Assembly (NCBI RefSeq): GCF_006345805.1
Contig: NC_043007.1
Location: forward strand, 12,276,001-12,340,000
Direction: 5' to 3'
From: Octopus sinensis
Taxonomy: Eukaryota
DNA length: 64,000 bases
Part shown: positions 52,324 through 64,000 of the stretch, one piece after another
Layout: each line of letters starts with the position of its first letter
How positions within the stretch are numbered: the stretch's first letter is position 1
Notes under the pieces: model-generated
What the model was told of the DNA's origin: nothing
The model's input: the letters and a program-made list of their open reading frames with translations, nothing else
Database searches by the model: none
Position numbers and translations under genes: made by a program

Positions 52324-53671
52324 TTTTTATTTTTAATTCTTGTCTTTATAATTAACTCGCATTTGTAGTTGCAAGAATAAATATTTGGAAAGCTTGCGAC
52401 ATACAATCTCTTCTTCTAATCCAATAAATAAACGGTTTTTCAAAGTATGTAAATAGAGATGTATTTCTGATGGGAACGCAACGAGTTTTCACTATAAATT
52501 TATTGATACAGTCAACTATTTGCATCTAATCAATACGATTTGTCTTTTTAATATTGCTTGTTCTAATGTTAAGTTCCTGACAACATATCAATCTTTTATA
52601 CCATGCTCTAAGCTTTTTCTTTTTTATTATTGATTTTACTCATTTATAAAAGGACCTACATAATGTTTTTCATTTTTTCTGCATATTTTAATTTTTTTTT
52701 TTTTCAAAAGAAAAACAAAAAATATTTTGCCAACTTGTCATGTGATGAATTTTGTATTTGGCATTTCAAGAAATAATTTTAAGCAATAGAACTGCTTAAA
52801 ATTAAATTCCAGCAATATTTATATAATTATGAATATAAATAGTGATACACAGACTAATTGAGTGAAATGATAGTTTTAATGTTTTTTTAGATTTTATTAT
52901 TTTTTTTTTTTGCAGAAAGCCCAGCAGAAATATTCCACAATATCCATAGAAAAATAATCATTGCTGTCACATGCAGGCAAGTATGACTTTGGGTGATGAT
53001 CATGATGATGATCATAATCATCATCATTTAACGTCTGCTTTCCATGCTAGCATGGGTTGGACGATTTGACTGAGGTCTGGCGAACCAGACTCCAATCTGA
53101 TCTGGCAGAGTTTCTACAGCTGGATGCCCTTCCTAATGCCAACCACTCTGAGAGTATAGTGGGTGCTTTTTACGTGCCACCGCTACGAGGGCCAGTTTGG
53201 TGGTACTGGCAACGGCATAGTCATAAATAGGCATAGACACCTTCACAGCCCTCCCGCCCTTGACATGAAGGAAAATTGAGCATGTGAGAAGTAGAGAGAG
53301 GAAAAGAGTGAGAAAGGGAGAGAGAGTTAGTGAGGGGGGGCGAGAGACAGACAGACAGACAGACAGAGAGAAAGCTGCACCAGTTCCAAGTTGATATTCC
53401 TCCTGGGTTATCTTGAGCAATATAAAATGAAGAGCCTTGCTCAAGGGCACATTGTGTTACCCAATCCAAGGATTGAACCTGTAGTCTTATGACCATCAGC
53501 AACACTAACACTCTGAATAGTAAGACCAACCTTAGTATAAATCTATACATGCATGGTTCAATAGTCCATAGCTCATATATATTGAATACATGGTGCTTTT
53601 CATGTTTTCATTTTATTTTTTGCCAAAAAATGTAGTCATGTCTTACATATCACTAACTGTTACTTGTGTAC

Positions 53672-54071
53672 ACTCTTTTACTCTTTTACTTGTTTCAGTC
53701 ATGTGACTGTGGTCATGCTGGAGCACTGCCTTTAGTCGAGCAAATCAACCCCAGGACTTGTTCTTTGTAAGCCTAGTACTTATTCTAGTACTTTTGCCGA
53801 ACCGCTAAGTCACGGGGACGTAAACACACCAGCATCGGTTGTCAAGCGATGTTGGAGGGACAAACACAGACACACAAACACATATATATATATATATATA
53901 CATATATAGGACGGGCTTCTTTCAGTTTCCGTCTACCAAATCCACTTACAAGGATTTGGTCAGCTCGAGGCTATATTAGAAGACACTTGCCCAAGGTGCC
54001 ACACAGTGGGACTGAACCCAGAACCACGTAGATGGTAAACAAGCTACTTACCACACAGCCACTCCTATGCC
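53672..54071 (-). mobile_element. SINE family A
   Basis: Full-length match. Confidence 0.85.
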
Positions 54072-55699
54072 ATATATATATATATGCCCTTTACAGCCAG
54101 ATTATTAAACATACATCCATGCAAGCACAGGCATGGTTGTGAGGTTAAGAAATTTACTTCCTAACCATGTGGTCTCTGGTTCAGTCCTACTGCACAGGAA
54201 ACTAAAAGCCCATTGTATAAGCATATGTGTGTGCATGTGTGTGCGTGTGTTTGTGTTTGTAAGTACCCTTGTCGACACAGTATATGATGGTTGTAAATGA
54301 GCATCACTGTCATACAAGTAGAGTTGTTTCTTTCCAATATTCTGTGAAAAACATGTTCTGGCCACAGGGAAACTATCACCTAAGTTGCAAACAAATGAAC
54401 GCTGGGAACAGCAAGGGCATTTGCTGTGGAAAACCTGCCTCAACAAATTCCATCTGACTTGTGCAAGCATAGAGAAGTGGACATTAATCCTTTAGCATTT
54501 AAACCAGCTTGTGTCCAGCCAAAATATTTTGCTTGTTTTATGTTCAAACTGACCAAATCTGGACCCTTACACCTACCTGACAATGTCGTTCCAAAAATAA
54601 ACTACTGTGTCATCAAAATATTGAAGTGACACGATAATTCATGATTAATTCAAGATAATCAAAAATAAATAGGGATTACATTTAACAGAATATAACCTGA
54701 AGGCTAAAGGGTTAAAAGGTGGTGGTGGTGGTTGTCGTGACGACGATGGTAATTAAGGTGGAAAGCTGGCAGAATCGTTAGCACGCCGGGCGAAATGCGT
54801 AGCCGTATTTCGTCTGCCGCTACGGTCTGAGTTCAAATTCCGCCAGGGTCGACTTCACGTTTCATCCTTTCGGGGGGGGGGATAAATTAAGTACCAGTTA
54901 CGCACTGGGTCGATGTAATCGACTTAATCCACGTGTCTGTCCTTGTTTATCCCCCTCTGTGTTTAGCCCCTTGTGGACAGTAAAGAAATAGGTAATGATG
55001 ATGATGATGATGATGATGGTGTTGAATATTGATGATGATGGTGTTGATGATGGTGGTGATGATGATGATAACGGTGATGATGAAAGTAATAATGACATAC
55101 AAACTGACTGTCTCCCTCTATTTCTCTCTCTAACACACACATAATACATACATAGATAGATATACAACATATGCTTTTATATATATATATATATATATAT
55201 ACATACATATATATACATATTTTCCATTAAAATAATGTATTCCAGAAATGTATGGCATCTCCATAAGCTGGGTCATTTTTGCCAACCCCGCAATGTTATT
55301 TGAAAAAAGTAAATTTTATCTCTACAAAAATCAGAACAGAGAAAGGTTAAGTGTTTTATCTGAAAGGTAAATGACAAAATAGATTCCTAGCCATTAAAAT
55401 ATCAAAGCCAAAAGTTGATAACTTGTGCTGTGAGGGGAAGATATTTCATGTTTTGAGACAGCACAAGTGTATTTCCTATCATATCTTGATATTAAGTTAC
55501 TGCAGAATAGCATAAGTTTCCTCTGAGATTAAAAGCGGATGATTAAAGGTACAGATGTGGTTGTGCGGCTGGTTACAAAGTTCACTCTGTAGACATGTAG
55601 CTTTGGATTCCATTCCGTTGGGTAATGTCTTGGAAAAGTGTCTTCTAGTTTTACGCCAGCCAACCAATGTCTCAGTAATCATCTGAGTGAGTAAGACAG

Positions 55700-56290
55700 C
55701 CAGCTGGCAGAAGCGTTAGCACACCAGGCGAAATGCATAGCCGTATTTCGTCTGCCGTTAAGTTCTGAGTTCAAATTCCACCGAGGTCGACTTTGCCTTT
55801 CGTCCTTTCAAGGTCGATTAAATAAGTACCAGTTATGCACTGGGGTTGATGTAATCGACTTAATCCGTTTGTCTGTCTTTGTTTGTACTCTCTGTGTTTA
55901 GCCCCTTGTGGGTAGTAAAGAAATAGGTATTTTGTCTCAAATTCTGCCAAGGTCGACTTTGCCTTTCATCCTTTTGGGGTCGATAAATTAAATACCAGCT
56001 GTGTACTGAGGTCGATCTAATTGACTGGCCTCCACCCCAAAAATTTTGGGCCTTATGCCTAGAGTAGAAAAGGCAGCAAGCTGGCAGAAACGTTAGCACA
56101 CCGGGCGAAATGCTTAGCGGTATTTCGTCTGTCTTTACATTCTGAGTTCAAATTCTGCTCAGTTCGACTTTGCCTTTCATCCTTTCGGGGTCGACACATT
56201 AAGTACCAGCTGCATACTGGAGTCGATCTAATCAACTGGCCACCACCTCCCCAAAAATTTCAGGTCTTTTACCTAGGGTAGAAAAGAATA
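55700..56290 (+). mobile_element. Cluster/concatemer of SINE family B with two tail types
   Basis: Heads at about 55700 and 56072; junction AAATA|GGTATTT at about 55926. Confidence 0.8.
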
Positions 56291-57137
56291 TCTTGTGAGT
56301 GAGATTTGGGAGACAGAAATTGTAAAAAAAGCTTCTCATACATAAACACACACACACTCTAAGTATAGTTGTGGGTGTGCATGTGTGAATGTGTGTGCCT
56401 GATGAGGTGAGAGAAACAAATGTCATCATTGCACAAATGATATTATGTAAAGACATGCAGGAAAAGACTATTTCTCTCTTTCTCTCTCAGATACACAAGT
56501 TTATATGTATGTGTATACATATATACATTTATATATACATATATATAAGTACCAGTTATGCACGGGGGGTCAATGTAATCAACTTAATCCATGTGTCTGT
56601 CTTTGTTTGTCCTCTCTGTGTTTAGCCCCTTGTGGGTAGTAAAGAAATAGGTATTTTGTCTCAAATATATATATTTATATATACTACACTCACGGAGAGG
56701 TTGGCATTAGGAAGGGCATCCAGCTGTAGAAACATTGCCAGATAAGAACGGAGCCCAGGGCAGCCTTCTGGCTTCCCAGATCCCCGGTCGGACCGTCCAA
56801 CCCATGCTAGCATGGAGAACGGACGTTAAACGATGATGATGATGATGATGATATATGTGCGTATGTGTATATATATATATATATGGGTCCACTCTGCTGA
56901 GTGGTTGGTGTTAGGAAAATCCTACCAAAACAGTCACAGAAGACTGGTGCAGGCTTCGGTCTGGCTGGCTCTTGTGTTACCATCCCACTCATGCTAGCAT
57001 GGAAGGCGTACATTAAACGATGATGATGATGATGATGATGATGATATATATATATTTCAAATTTATAAAAAAACAAAGACAGTTATAGGAACAACAAGCA
57101 AGTGTATTAATTTGACACTCAGTGAAAATGGAAAAGT

Positions 57138-57173
57138 CTTTTACATTTCGAGCCTACGCTCTTCGACAGAAAG
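57138..57173 (-). ncRNA. Minimal hammerhead-like motif (A6U variant)
   Basis: cttt CTGTCGA A GAGC gtag GCTC GAAAT GTA aaag. Confidence 0.5.
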
Positions 57174-57299
57174 GAATAAGAGGAAATAAATACAGAGAGA
57201 ATGAAAAAAGAAGTGTGCTGAGTCCAGTGGTCCAACATGGCAAACAATTGGAAAAAAAAAAAAAAGAGGTTGAATGAAAGGGAGATAATAATAATAATA

Positions 57300-57374
<75 letters not shown>

Positions 57375-57376
57375 AT

Positions 57377-57765
57377 TACTCTTTTACTCTTTTACTTGTT
57401 TCAGTCATTTGACTGCGGCCATGCTGGAGCACCGCCTTTGATCGAGCAACTCGACCCCGGGACTTATTCTTTTATAAGCCCAGTACTTATTCTATCGGTC
57501 TCTTTTGCCGAACCGCTAAGTAACACACCAGCATCGGTTGTCAAGCAATGCTAGGGGGACAAACACAGACACACAAACACACACACACATATATATACAT
57601 ATATATGACGGGCTTCTTTCAGTTTCCGTCTACCAAATCCACTCACAAGGCTTTGGTCGACCCGAGGCTATAGTAGAAGACACTTACCCAAGGTGCCACG
57701 CAGTGGGACTGAACCCGGAACCATGTGGTTGGTAAACAAGCTACTTACCACACAGCCACTCCTAT
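57377..57765 (-). mobile_element. SINE family A
   Basis: Full-length match with a small internal deletion. Confidence 0.85.
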
Positions 57766-58579
57766 GATATATATATATATCATCATTATTATCATCATCA
57801 TTTAACATCTGTTTTCTATAGTGGCATTGGTTGGACAATTTGAGCAGAGCTGGTAAGGCCAGGGTCAGCACCAGGCTCCATTGTTTTGGCATGGCTTTTA
57901 TGGCTGGATGCCCTCCCCAATGCCAGTCACTCCACAGAGTATGTTAGGTTGAGTTTTAAGGGGTGACATGCTGTGAAAGCAGCAGAACCAAACCCAAGAC
58001 GAAGCTGTCGAGAAGCAAACTCCTTAACGAGACACATCCATTGTCCACACCTATTCTAATTAAGACCAGCAGTTAAATTCTAAATGTCCCACATGAAACC
58101 CGTTTAATGGAGGAATTAGAAAGCATTAATCCACAAAGAAAGGAACAACATCCACCCTCTTAATGTGACAAACGCCATCTCTTCTGCATAGAACCGTCTT
58201 TGAGATGAATGTAGGGTACAGTACAGAAACGCTTCATGTTACAAATCATCAATTATTGATTAATTTCTGTCAATATGCTACTTCAAAAATCTATGATCTT
58301 GCAAATATATTTCATGTTATTCACTACATCAAGCGGCTTTTGTAATAAAAAAAAATTATTGAAAAAATAAATAAGTGAATAATAAAAAAAACAAAACTCT
58401 TCATTAAACCTTTGTAACCTATAAATCAAAATAGCTTTATGGCAACAAGCAAGGAATTATGGAGGGGAGAAGAAGAAAAATAATAATAATTGATTGAATA
58501 AGGGTATATTTAGCATTGTGCCAATAGTACTACTACAATGCGTGTATAATACTAAAAGGCCCGAGTGTTTAAAATGAAT

Positions 58580-58602
58580 CATATATACACACACATATAT
58601 AT

Positions 58603-58641
<39 letters not shown>

Positions 58642-58734
58642 CAGATACACACACACATATATACACAGAGATAGATAGATAGATAGAGAGATAGATAGGT
58701 GGATAGATAGATACACACACACACACATACACAG

Positions 58735-58769
<35 letters not shown>

Positions 58770-59027
58770 CAGACTGGCAGACTGACAGACAGACAGACAG
58801 ACAAATAGATAGATAAGTAAATAGACAGATAAGTAGATAGACAGATAAGTAGATAGATAGATATGTAGATAGATAGATAGACGGACAGATAGATAGATAC
58901 ATACATACATACATACATATATATATACACACATATACACAGATAGATATGTACATATATATATGTATGTATGTATATGTGTACTTGTGTGTGTCTGTCA
59001 TAAATATATATATACATACATACATAC

Positions 59028-59080
<53 letters not shown>
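58580..59080. repeat. Compound (TA)/(CA)/(GATA)/(GACA)n microsatellite
   Basis: Direct inspection. Confidence 0.92.
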
Positions 59081-59501
59081 CTTAAATAAATTTTCAATGT
59101 ATTTTTACAAAGCAGAAAAATTAGAAAATATATTTGGCAGGAAAAGAAAAAAAATTATCTCAGACCATTCAACCATTTCCAAAGAAATGAAAATAAAAAA
59201 AAGAACTAATTCTTCAACAAGACTCATGAGGAATAGCATTAAGTGGTCTGTTAGTCAACTGGAACTAGCAACCAGATATCCACCAAACCACACCCTACTA
59301 TCTAAGAACAAAAAAAAAAAGAACATATTAGATAATGTAATCTATGGAACTTATAGTTCTGGACGATGCCAAGATCAGCCTAGGGCTAAACAGCAATGAT
59401 TAGTTCAAGAGCAAGATAAGGGTCACGAAATACCTCATTCTTATTGGTACCAACACATTTTAGGAAAAGACAGGCAATAACTAGAGCTTGTCTGGCTTCA
59501 G

Positions 59502-59915
59502 GGCAGCAAGCTGGCAGGAATGTTAGCACGCCGGGCGAAATACGTAGTGGTATTTCGTCTACTGTTATGTTCTGAGTTCAAATTCTGCCGAGGTCGACTT
59601 TGCCTTTCATCCTTTCGGGGTCAATTAAGTAAGTACAAGTTACGCACTGGGGTCGATATAATCGACTTAATCCGTGAGTCTGCCCTTGTTTGTCCCCTCT
59701 GTGTTTAGCCCCTTGTGGGAAGTAAAGAAATAGGTATTTCATCTGCTGTTATGTTCTGAGTTCAAATTCCACCGAGGTTGACTTTGCCTGTCATCCTTTG
59801 GGGTCAATAAATTAAGTACCAGTTACGCACTGGGGTAGATATAATCGACTTAATCCATGTGTCTGTCCTTGTTTGTCCCCTCTGTGTTTAGCCCCTTGTG
59901 GGTAGTAAAGAAATA
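59502..59915 (+). mobile_element. SINE family B tandem dimer (184-bp unit)
   Basis: GGTATTTC at 59549 and 59733. Confidence 0.88.
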
Positions 59916-59957
59916 AGCACAAGGCACTCTTCTGTTTGATCCATAATATATATATAT

Positions 59958-60366
59958 AGGCGCAGGAGTGGCTGTGTGGTAAGTAGCTTGCTTACAACCA
60001 CATGGTTTCGGGTCAGTCCCACTGCGTGGCACCTGGGCAAGTGTCTTCTACTATAGCCTCGGGCCGACCAAAGCCTTGTGAGTGGGATTTGGTAGACGGA
60101 AACTGAAAGAAGCCTGTCGTATATATGTATATATATATGTATTGTGTGTGTTTGTGTGTCTGTGTTTGTCCCCTAGCATGCTTGACAACCGATGCTGGTG
60201 TGTTTACGTCCCCGTCACTTAGCAGTTCGGCAAAAGAGACCGATAGAATAAGTACTGGGCTTACAAAGAATAAGTCCCGGGGTCGATTTGCTCGACTAAA
60301 GGCGGTGTGCTCCAGCATGACGCAGTCAAATGACTGATGAAACAAGTAAAGAGTAAAGAGTAAGAG

Positions 60367-60367
<1 letters not shown>
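59958..60367 (+). mobile_element. SINE family A
   Basis: Full-length match. Confidence 0.85.
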
Positions 60368-60380
<13 letters not shown>

Positions 60381-60399
<19 letters not shown>

Positions 60400-60590
60400 T
60401 TAGAGATAAAACCACTATTAGGCAAATCAAACAGTGAAAAACATAAACCAAAACATAGAAATAAAATTAATAATATAATATACAAAATATAAAATTCAAA
60501 ACTAATTTAATTTCTATGTTTTGGTTTATGTTTTTCACTGTTTGATTTGCCTAATAGTGGTTTTATCTCTAATTTAATATATATATATAT
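60381..60590. repeat. Perfect inverted repeat (about 70-80-bp arms) embedded in TA repeats
   Basis: TATTAAATTAGAGATAAAACCAC...AACATAGAAAT (to 60462) and its exact reverse complement from 60510. Confidence 0.92.
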
Positions 60591-61364
60591 TTATACTGTA
60601 AATCTAATTTTTCCCTGTAAGTTTGGATTTACTCCCGTGCAGGTGGCACGTAAAAAGCACCCACTACACTCGCGGAGTGGTTGGCGTTAGGAAGGGCATC
60701 CAGCTGTAGAAACACTGCCAGATCAGACTGGAGCCTGGGGCAGCCCCTGGCTCCCCAGACCCCGGTCGAACCGTCCAACCCGTGCTAGCGCGGAAAACGG
60801 ACGTTAAACGATGATGATGATATATAGATATATATATATATATATATAGATGTATATATTCTTTCAGTTTCCATTAACTAAATTCACTCACAAGGCATTT
60901 GTTGGGCCAAAACTATAGCAGAAGACACTTACCCAAGGTGCCCACACAATGGGACTGAACCCAGAACTATGTGTTCGGGGAAGCAAACTTCTTTACCATA
61001 CCACACAGCCACACCTGCACCAAATATGGTACCATATTCAAATATCTCCAAATAAGTATAACCAAGTAGGTTTCTGAGAACAAAGAACCGATATTAATAT
61101 TATTTCTCAATACAAGAAGAGCCTTATCTGCTGACCAGCTAATATAATAGATATACACATGAGTTTCAATGGCACTCTCTCTTGAAAGAAACCAGCTACA
61201 CAAACGGAGGAGGAGGAATAACCGAAATATGATGGAGAGATACAGTAAATATGGATTATTAATGTTGGAGTAATCATAAACTATTCTAATGACAGCAATT
61301 TTGTAGAACTCTCATAATCTTCAACATCAGGAGATTAATGAGCAAAATTCATCACATGTGTATG

Positions 61365-61431
<67 letters not shown>

Positions 61432-61920
61432 ACAAGCACACACACACACAAGCACACACACATATATACAAATGTATATATTTGAATGTGTGTGTGTGTT
61501 TGCATGCATGCATACACACATACATATACACACACAGGCATATATATATATATATACATACATGTATATATTGAATATACATATATTTGAATATGTGTGT
61601 GTGTGTGTGTGTTTGCATGCATGCATACATACACACATACATATACACACACAGTCATATCTTTATCTTTCTTTCTGGTTCCAGCCAATCCACTCCTGCC
61701 CACCCGTGTATAATGCAGGTTAGCCATAAATTTCTTCCACAACACAAGCCTGTTTCTGTCCCTTCATCATTCATTAACCACTCAACACCGCTCTACACTG
61801 ACCACAAGCCAACTCTCTCTCTCTCTCCTAAGAGTGCTCCTTAGTCATACTAGTTACAAGATGACCGTACTTCTGTTGGTACCATGAAAACTGCAGACTG
61901 TACACTCTGTAAAGTGACTG

Positions 61921-62225
61921 TTTTGTTTGTTCCTTCTCAAGCCATGCCTGGCTCATAAGGGCCGGTTTCCCGGTTTCCTTGGCATATAGGTTCCCCACCT
62001 CGATGGGACACCGGTCCGTCGCAGGTGAGCTGCAAGATGCAGGAGGAAAGAGTGAGAGAAAGCTGTGGTGAAAGAGTCAGCAGAAGTTCGCCATTACCTT
62101 CTGCCGGAGCCGCGTGGAGCTTAGCTATTTCGCTCATAAGTACACGCATCGCATAGTCTGAGATTCGAACCCGCGATCCCTCGACCGTGAGTCCGCTGCT
62201 GTAACCACTAGGCCATGTGCCTCCA
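61921..62225 (-). mobile_element. SINE family D (tail type 2)
   Basis: Matches 20205-20505. Confidence 0.82.
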
Positions 62226-62467
62226 CACACTGTGACTGACGTTAGATAAGAGACCCCAGCCATAGAAACTGTGCCAAACATGAGACACAGAAACAAGATG
62301 AGATCCTCTGTCTGACCTGCTGGATTCTGTTTAACCATTAAACGGTGGTGGTGGTGGTGGTGGCGGTGGTGATATATTTAATTTTAGTTTTGGTGATAGA
62401 AACAGGGAAAACAGAATTCAAAACAAGAAATATAGAATTAGTTAATAAAAAAAAATTGATAAATATA

Positions 62468-62619
62468 GTGGCTGTGTGGTAAGTAGCTTGCTTGCTAACC
62501 ACATGGTTCCAGGTTCAGTCCCACTGCGTGGCACCTTGGGCAAGTGTCTTCTACTATAGCCTCAGGCCAACCAAAGCCTTGTGAGTGGATTTGGTAGATG
62601 GAAACTGAAAGAAGCTCAT

Positions 62620-62712
<93 letters not shown>

Positions 62713-62870
62713 TGTGTGTGTTTGTCCTACTAACATCGCTTGACAACTGATGCTGGTGTATTTACATTCCCACAACTTAGTGGTTCAGCAAAAGACTGAT
62801 AGAATAAATGCTAGGCTTACAAACAGTAAGTCCTGGGGTTGATTCTTTCGACTAAAGGCAGTGCTCCAGC
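62468..62870 (+). mobile_element. SINE family A with expanded internal (GT)n
   Basis: Head-to-body match. Confidence 0.82.
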
Positions 62871-63060
62871 TTGGGAGGGTTGGGTTGAAAAAGAAGGATG
62901 CCCAAAATGGTGAGATGGCGTGAGGGCAGTTGCTATGGCACTGAGGTAGATCTGGCCACCCCCATTAACGGGAACAAAAACTCGGATTCAAAACACTGGA
63001 TGATGATGCTGATAATGATGACGATGATGATGATGATGATGATGATATATATATATACTA

Positions 63061-63290
63061 AGGCAGCAAGCTGGCATAAACGTTAGCGCCAGGCGAAATG
63101 CTTAGCGGTATTTCTTCTGTCGTTACATTCTGAGTTCAAATTCCGCCAAGGTCGACTTTGCCTTTCATCCTTTCGGGGTCGATAAATTAAGTACCAGTTA
63201 TGCACTGGGGTCGATGTTATCAACTTAAACCGTTTGTCTGTCCTTGTTTGTCCCCTCTGTGTTTAGCCCCTTGTGGGCAGTAAAGAAATA
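63061..63290 (+). mobile_element. SINE family B monomer
   Basis: Full match. Confidence 0.85.
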
Positions 63291-63729
63291 TATATATATA
63301 TATATATATCATCATCATCAACATCATCATCGTTTAGCATCTGCTTTCCTTGCTAGCATGGGTTGGAAAATATATATATTAATTGCTAGCAAGGACACAT
63401 TATTTCGTCTTGTAGCCATAATATACTGCCAAGTATATTAAAAGACTACAAGTCAATATTGTGCCTTGCTTTTGTGCTAGCAGTGCAGTGTTTTCATTTT
63501 AAGTTTATCTCCACAGATATTCTATAGAATTCAGAGCTAGCACTGCTAGTGCAGAACTGGTTCTGAATTCTATAGGAAATCAATAGGGATAAATAAAAAT
63601 TACTGTGTTTATGTGTGTACGAGTACATCTTTTATCTGTTCTTTTATCTTTTACTGGTTTCAGTCAGAGGCTGAGACCATGCTGGAGTACCACCTCTCAG
63701 TATGGCTGGGCTTCTTTTCTGCATTGTTG

Positions 63730-64000
63730 GATGGAGCTACTCTTCCCTGTGGCCCCTCGCCATTATTTGGGGTCATGTGGTATCTCAGATGAAAATTTTG
63801 TACAGATATTCTTTGAAGGCCTCCACAACAACACTTTGAAAATTCCTGGGACCGCTTGCCAGAGTGTTGAATAGTTGCAGACCCTTATAGCATTTGGCCC
63901 TTATTGTGGATGTAGAATTCAGGATCTTTGGTATTTTGCATCCAATCTAGTAGTTGGTATAGCATTCAATTCCAAAGTTAGGAGATAGACCTTTAGGATC
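63730..64000 (-). mobile_element. Decayed CR1-like LINE 3' fragment
   Basis: PNFGIECY...KGLQLFNTL...VVVEAFKEYL resembles CR1 ORF2 C-termini (GP.LFN.LP...FK..LD); frameshifted. Confidence 0.5.

Noticed and set aside
46015-64000. BRSK first coding exon (...YVGPY.LEKTLGKGQTG)
   Set aside because: Not found by eye; probably outside the window

Overview
AT-rich, microsatellite- and transposon-saturated animal genomic DNA, not prokaryotic. The SINE and Penelope-like repeat repertoire suggests a coleoid cephalopod such as Octopus (inference). The only real protein-coding content found is four consecutive minus-strand GT-AG exons (95, 86, 141 and 117 nt, at 45920-46014, 25051-25136, 17026-17166 and 7618-7734) of a BRSK1/2 (SAD-1) neuronal Ser/Thr kinase. 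They splice in frame into GLVKLGVHC...VAIK...HRDLKPEN...DFG...LETSCG; the first exon and the downstream exons were not found in the window. The introns hold several tRNA-derived SINE families, 5'-truncated RTE and CR1 LINEs, mariner/Tc1/pogo, hAT and piggyBac-type MITEs, non-autonomous Helitrons and Penelope-like remnants. Nearly all ORFs in the supplied track are repeat artefacts. Most notable signals: minimal dimer-type hammerhead ribozyme motifs; a 1-kb Scratch/ZEB-motif minisatellite that also supplies a 3' splice-site pyrimidine tract; SINE concatemers that share one recurrent junction; a TSD-bounded 5'-inverted RTE; a Helitron with a triplicated 5' end; several long inverted repeats; and a structured island with a small repeat-spacer array. 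SINE family letters (A, B, D, E) and 'family C' are my own working labels, and most repeat boundaries are approximate.
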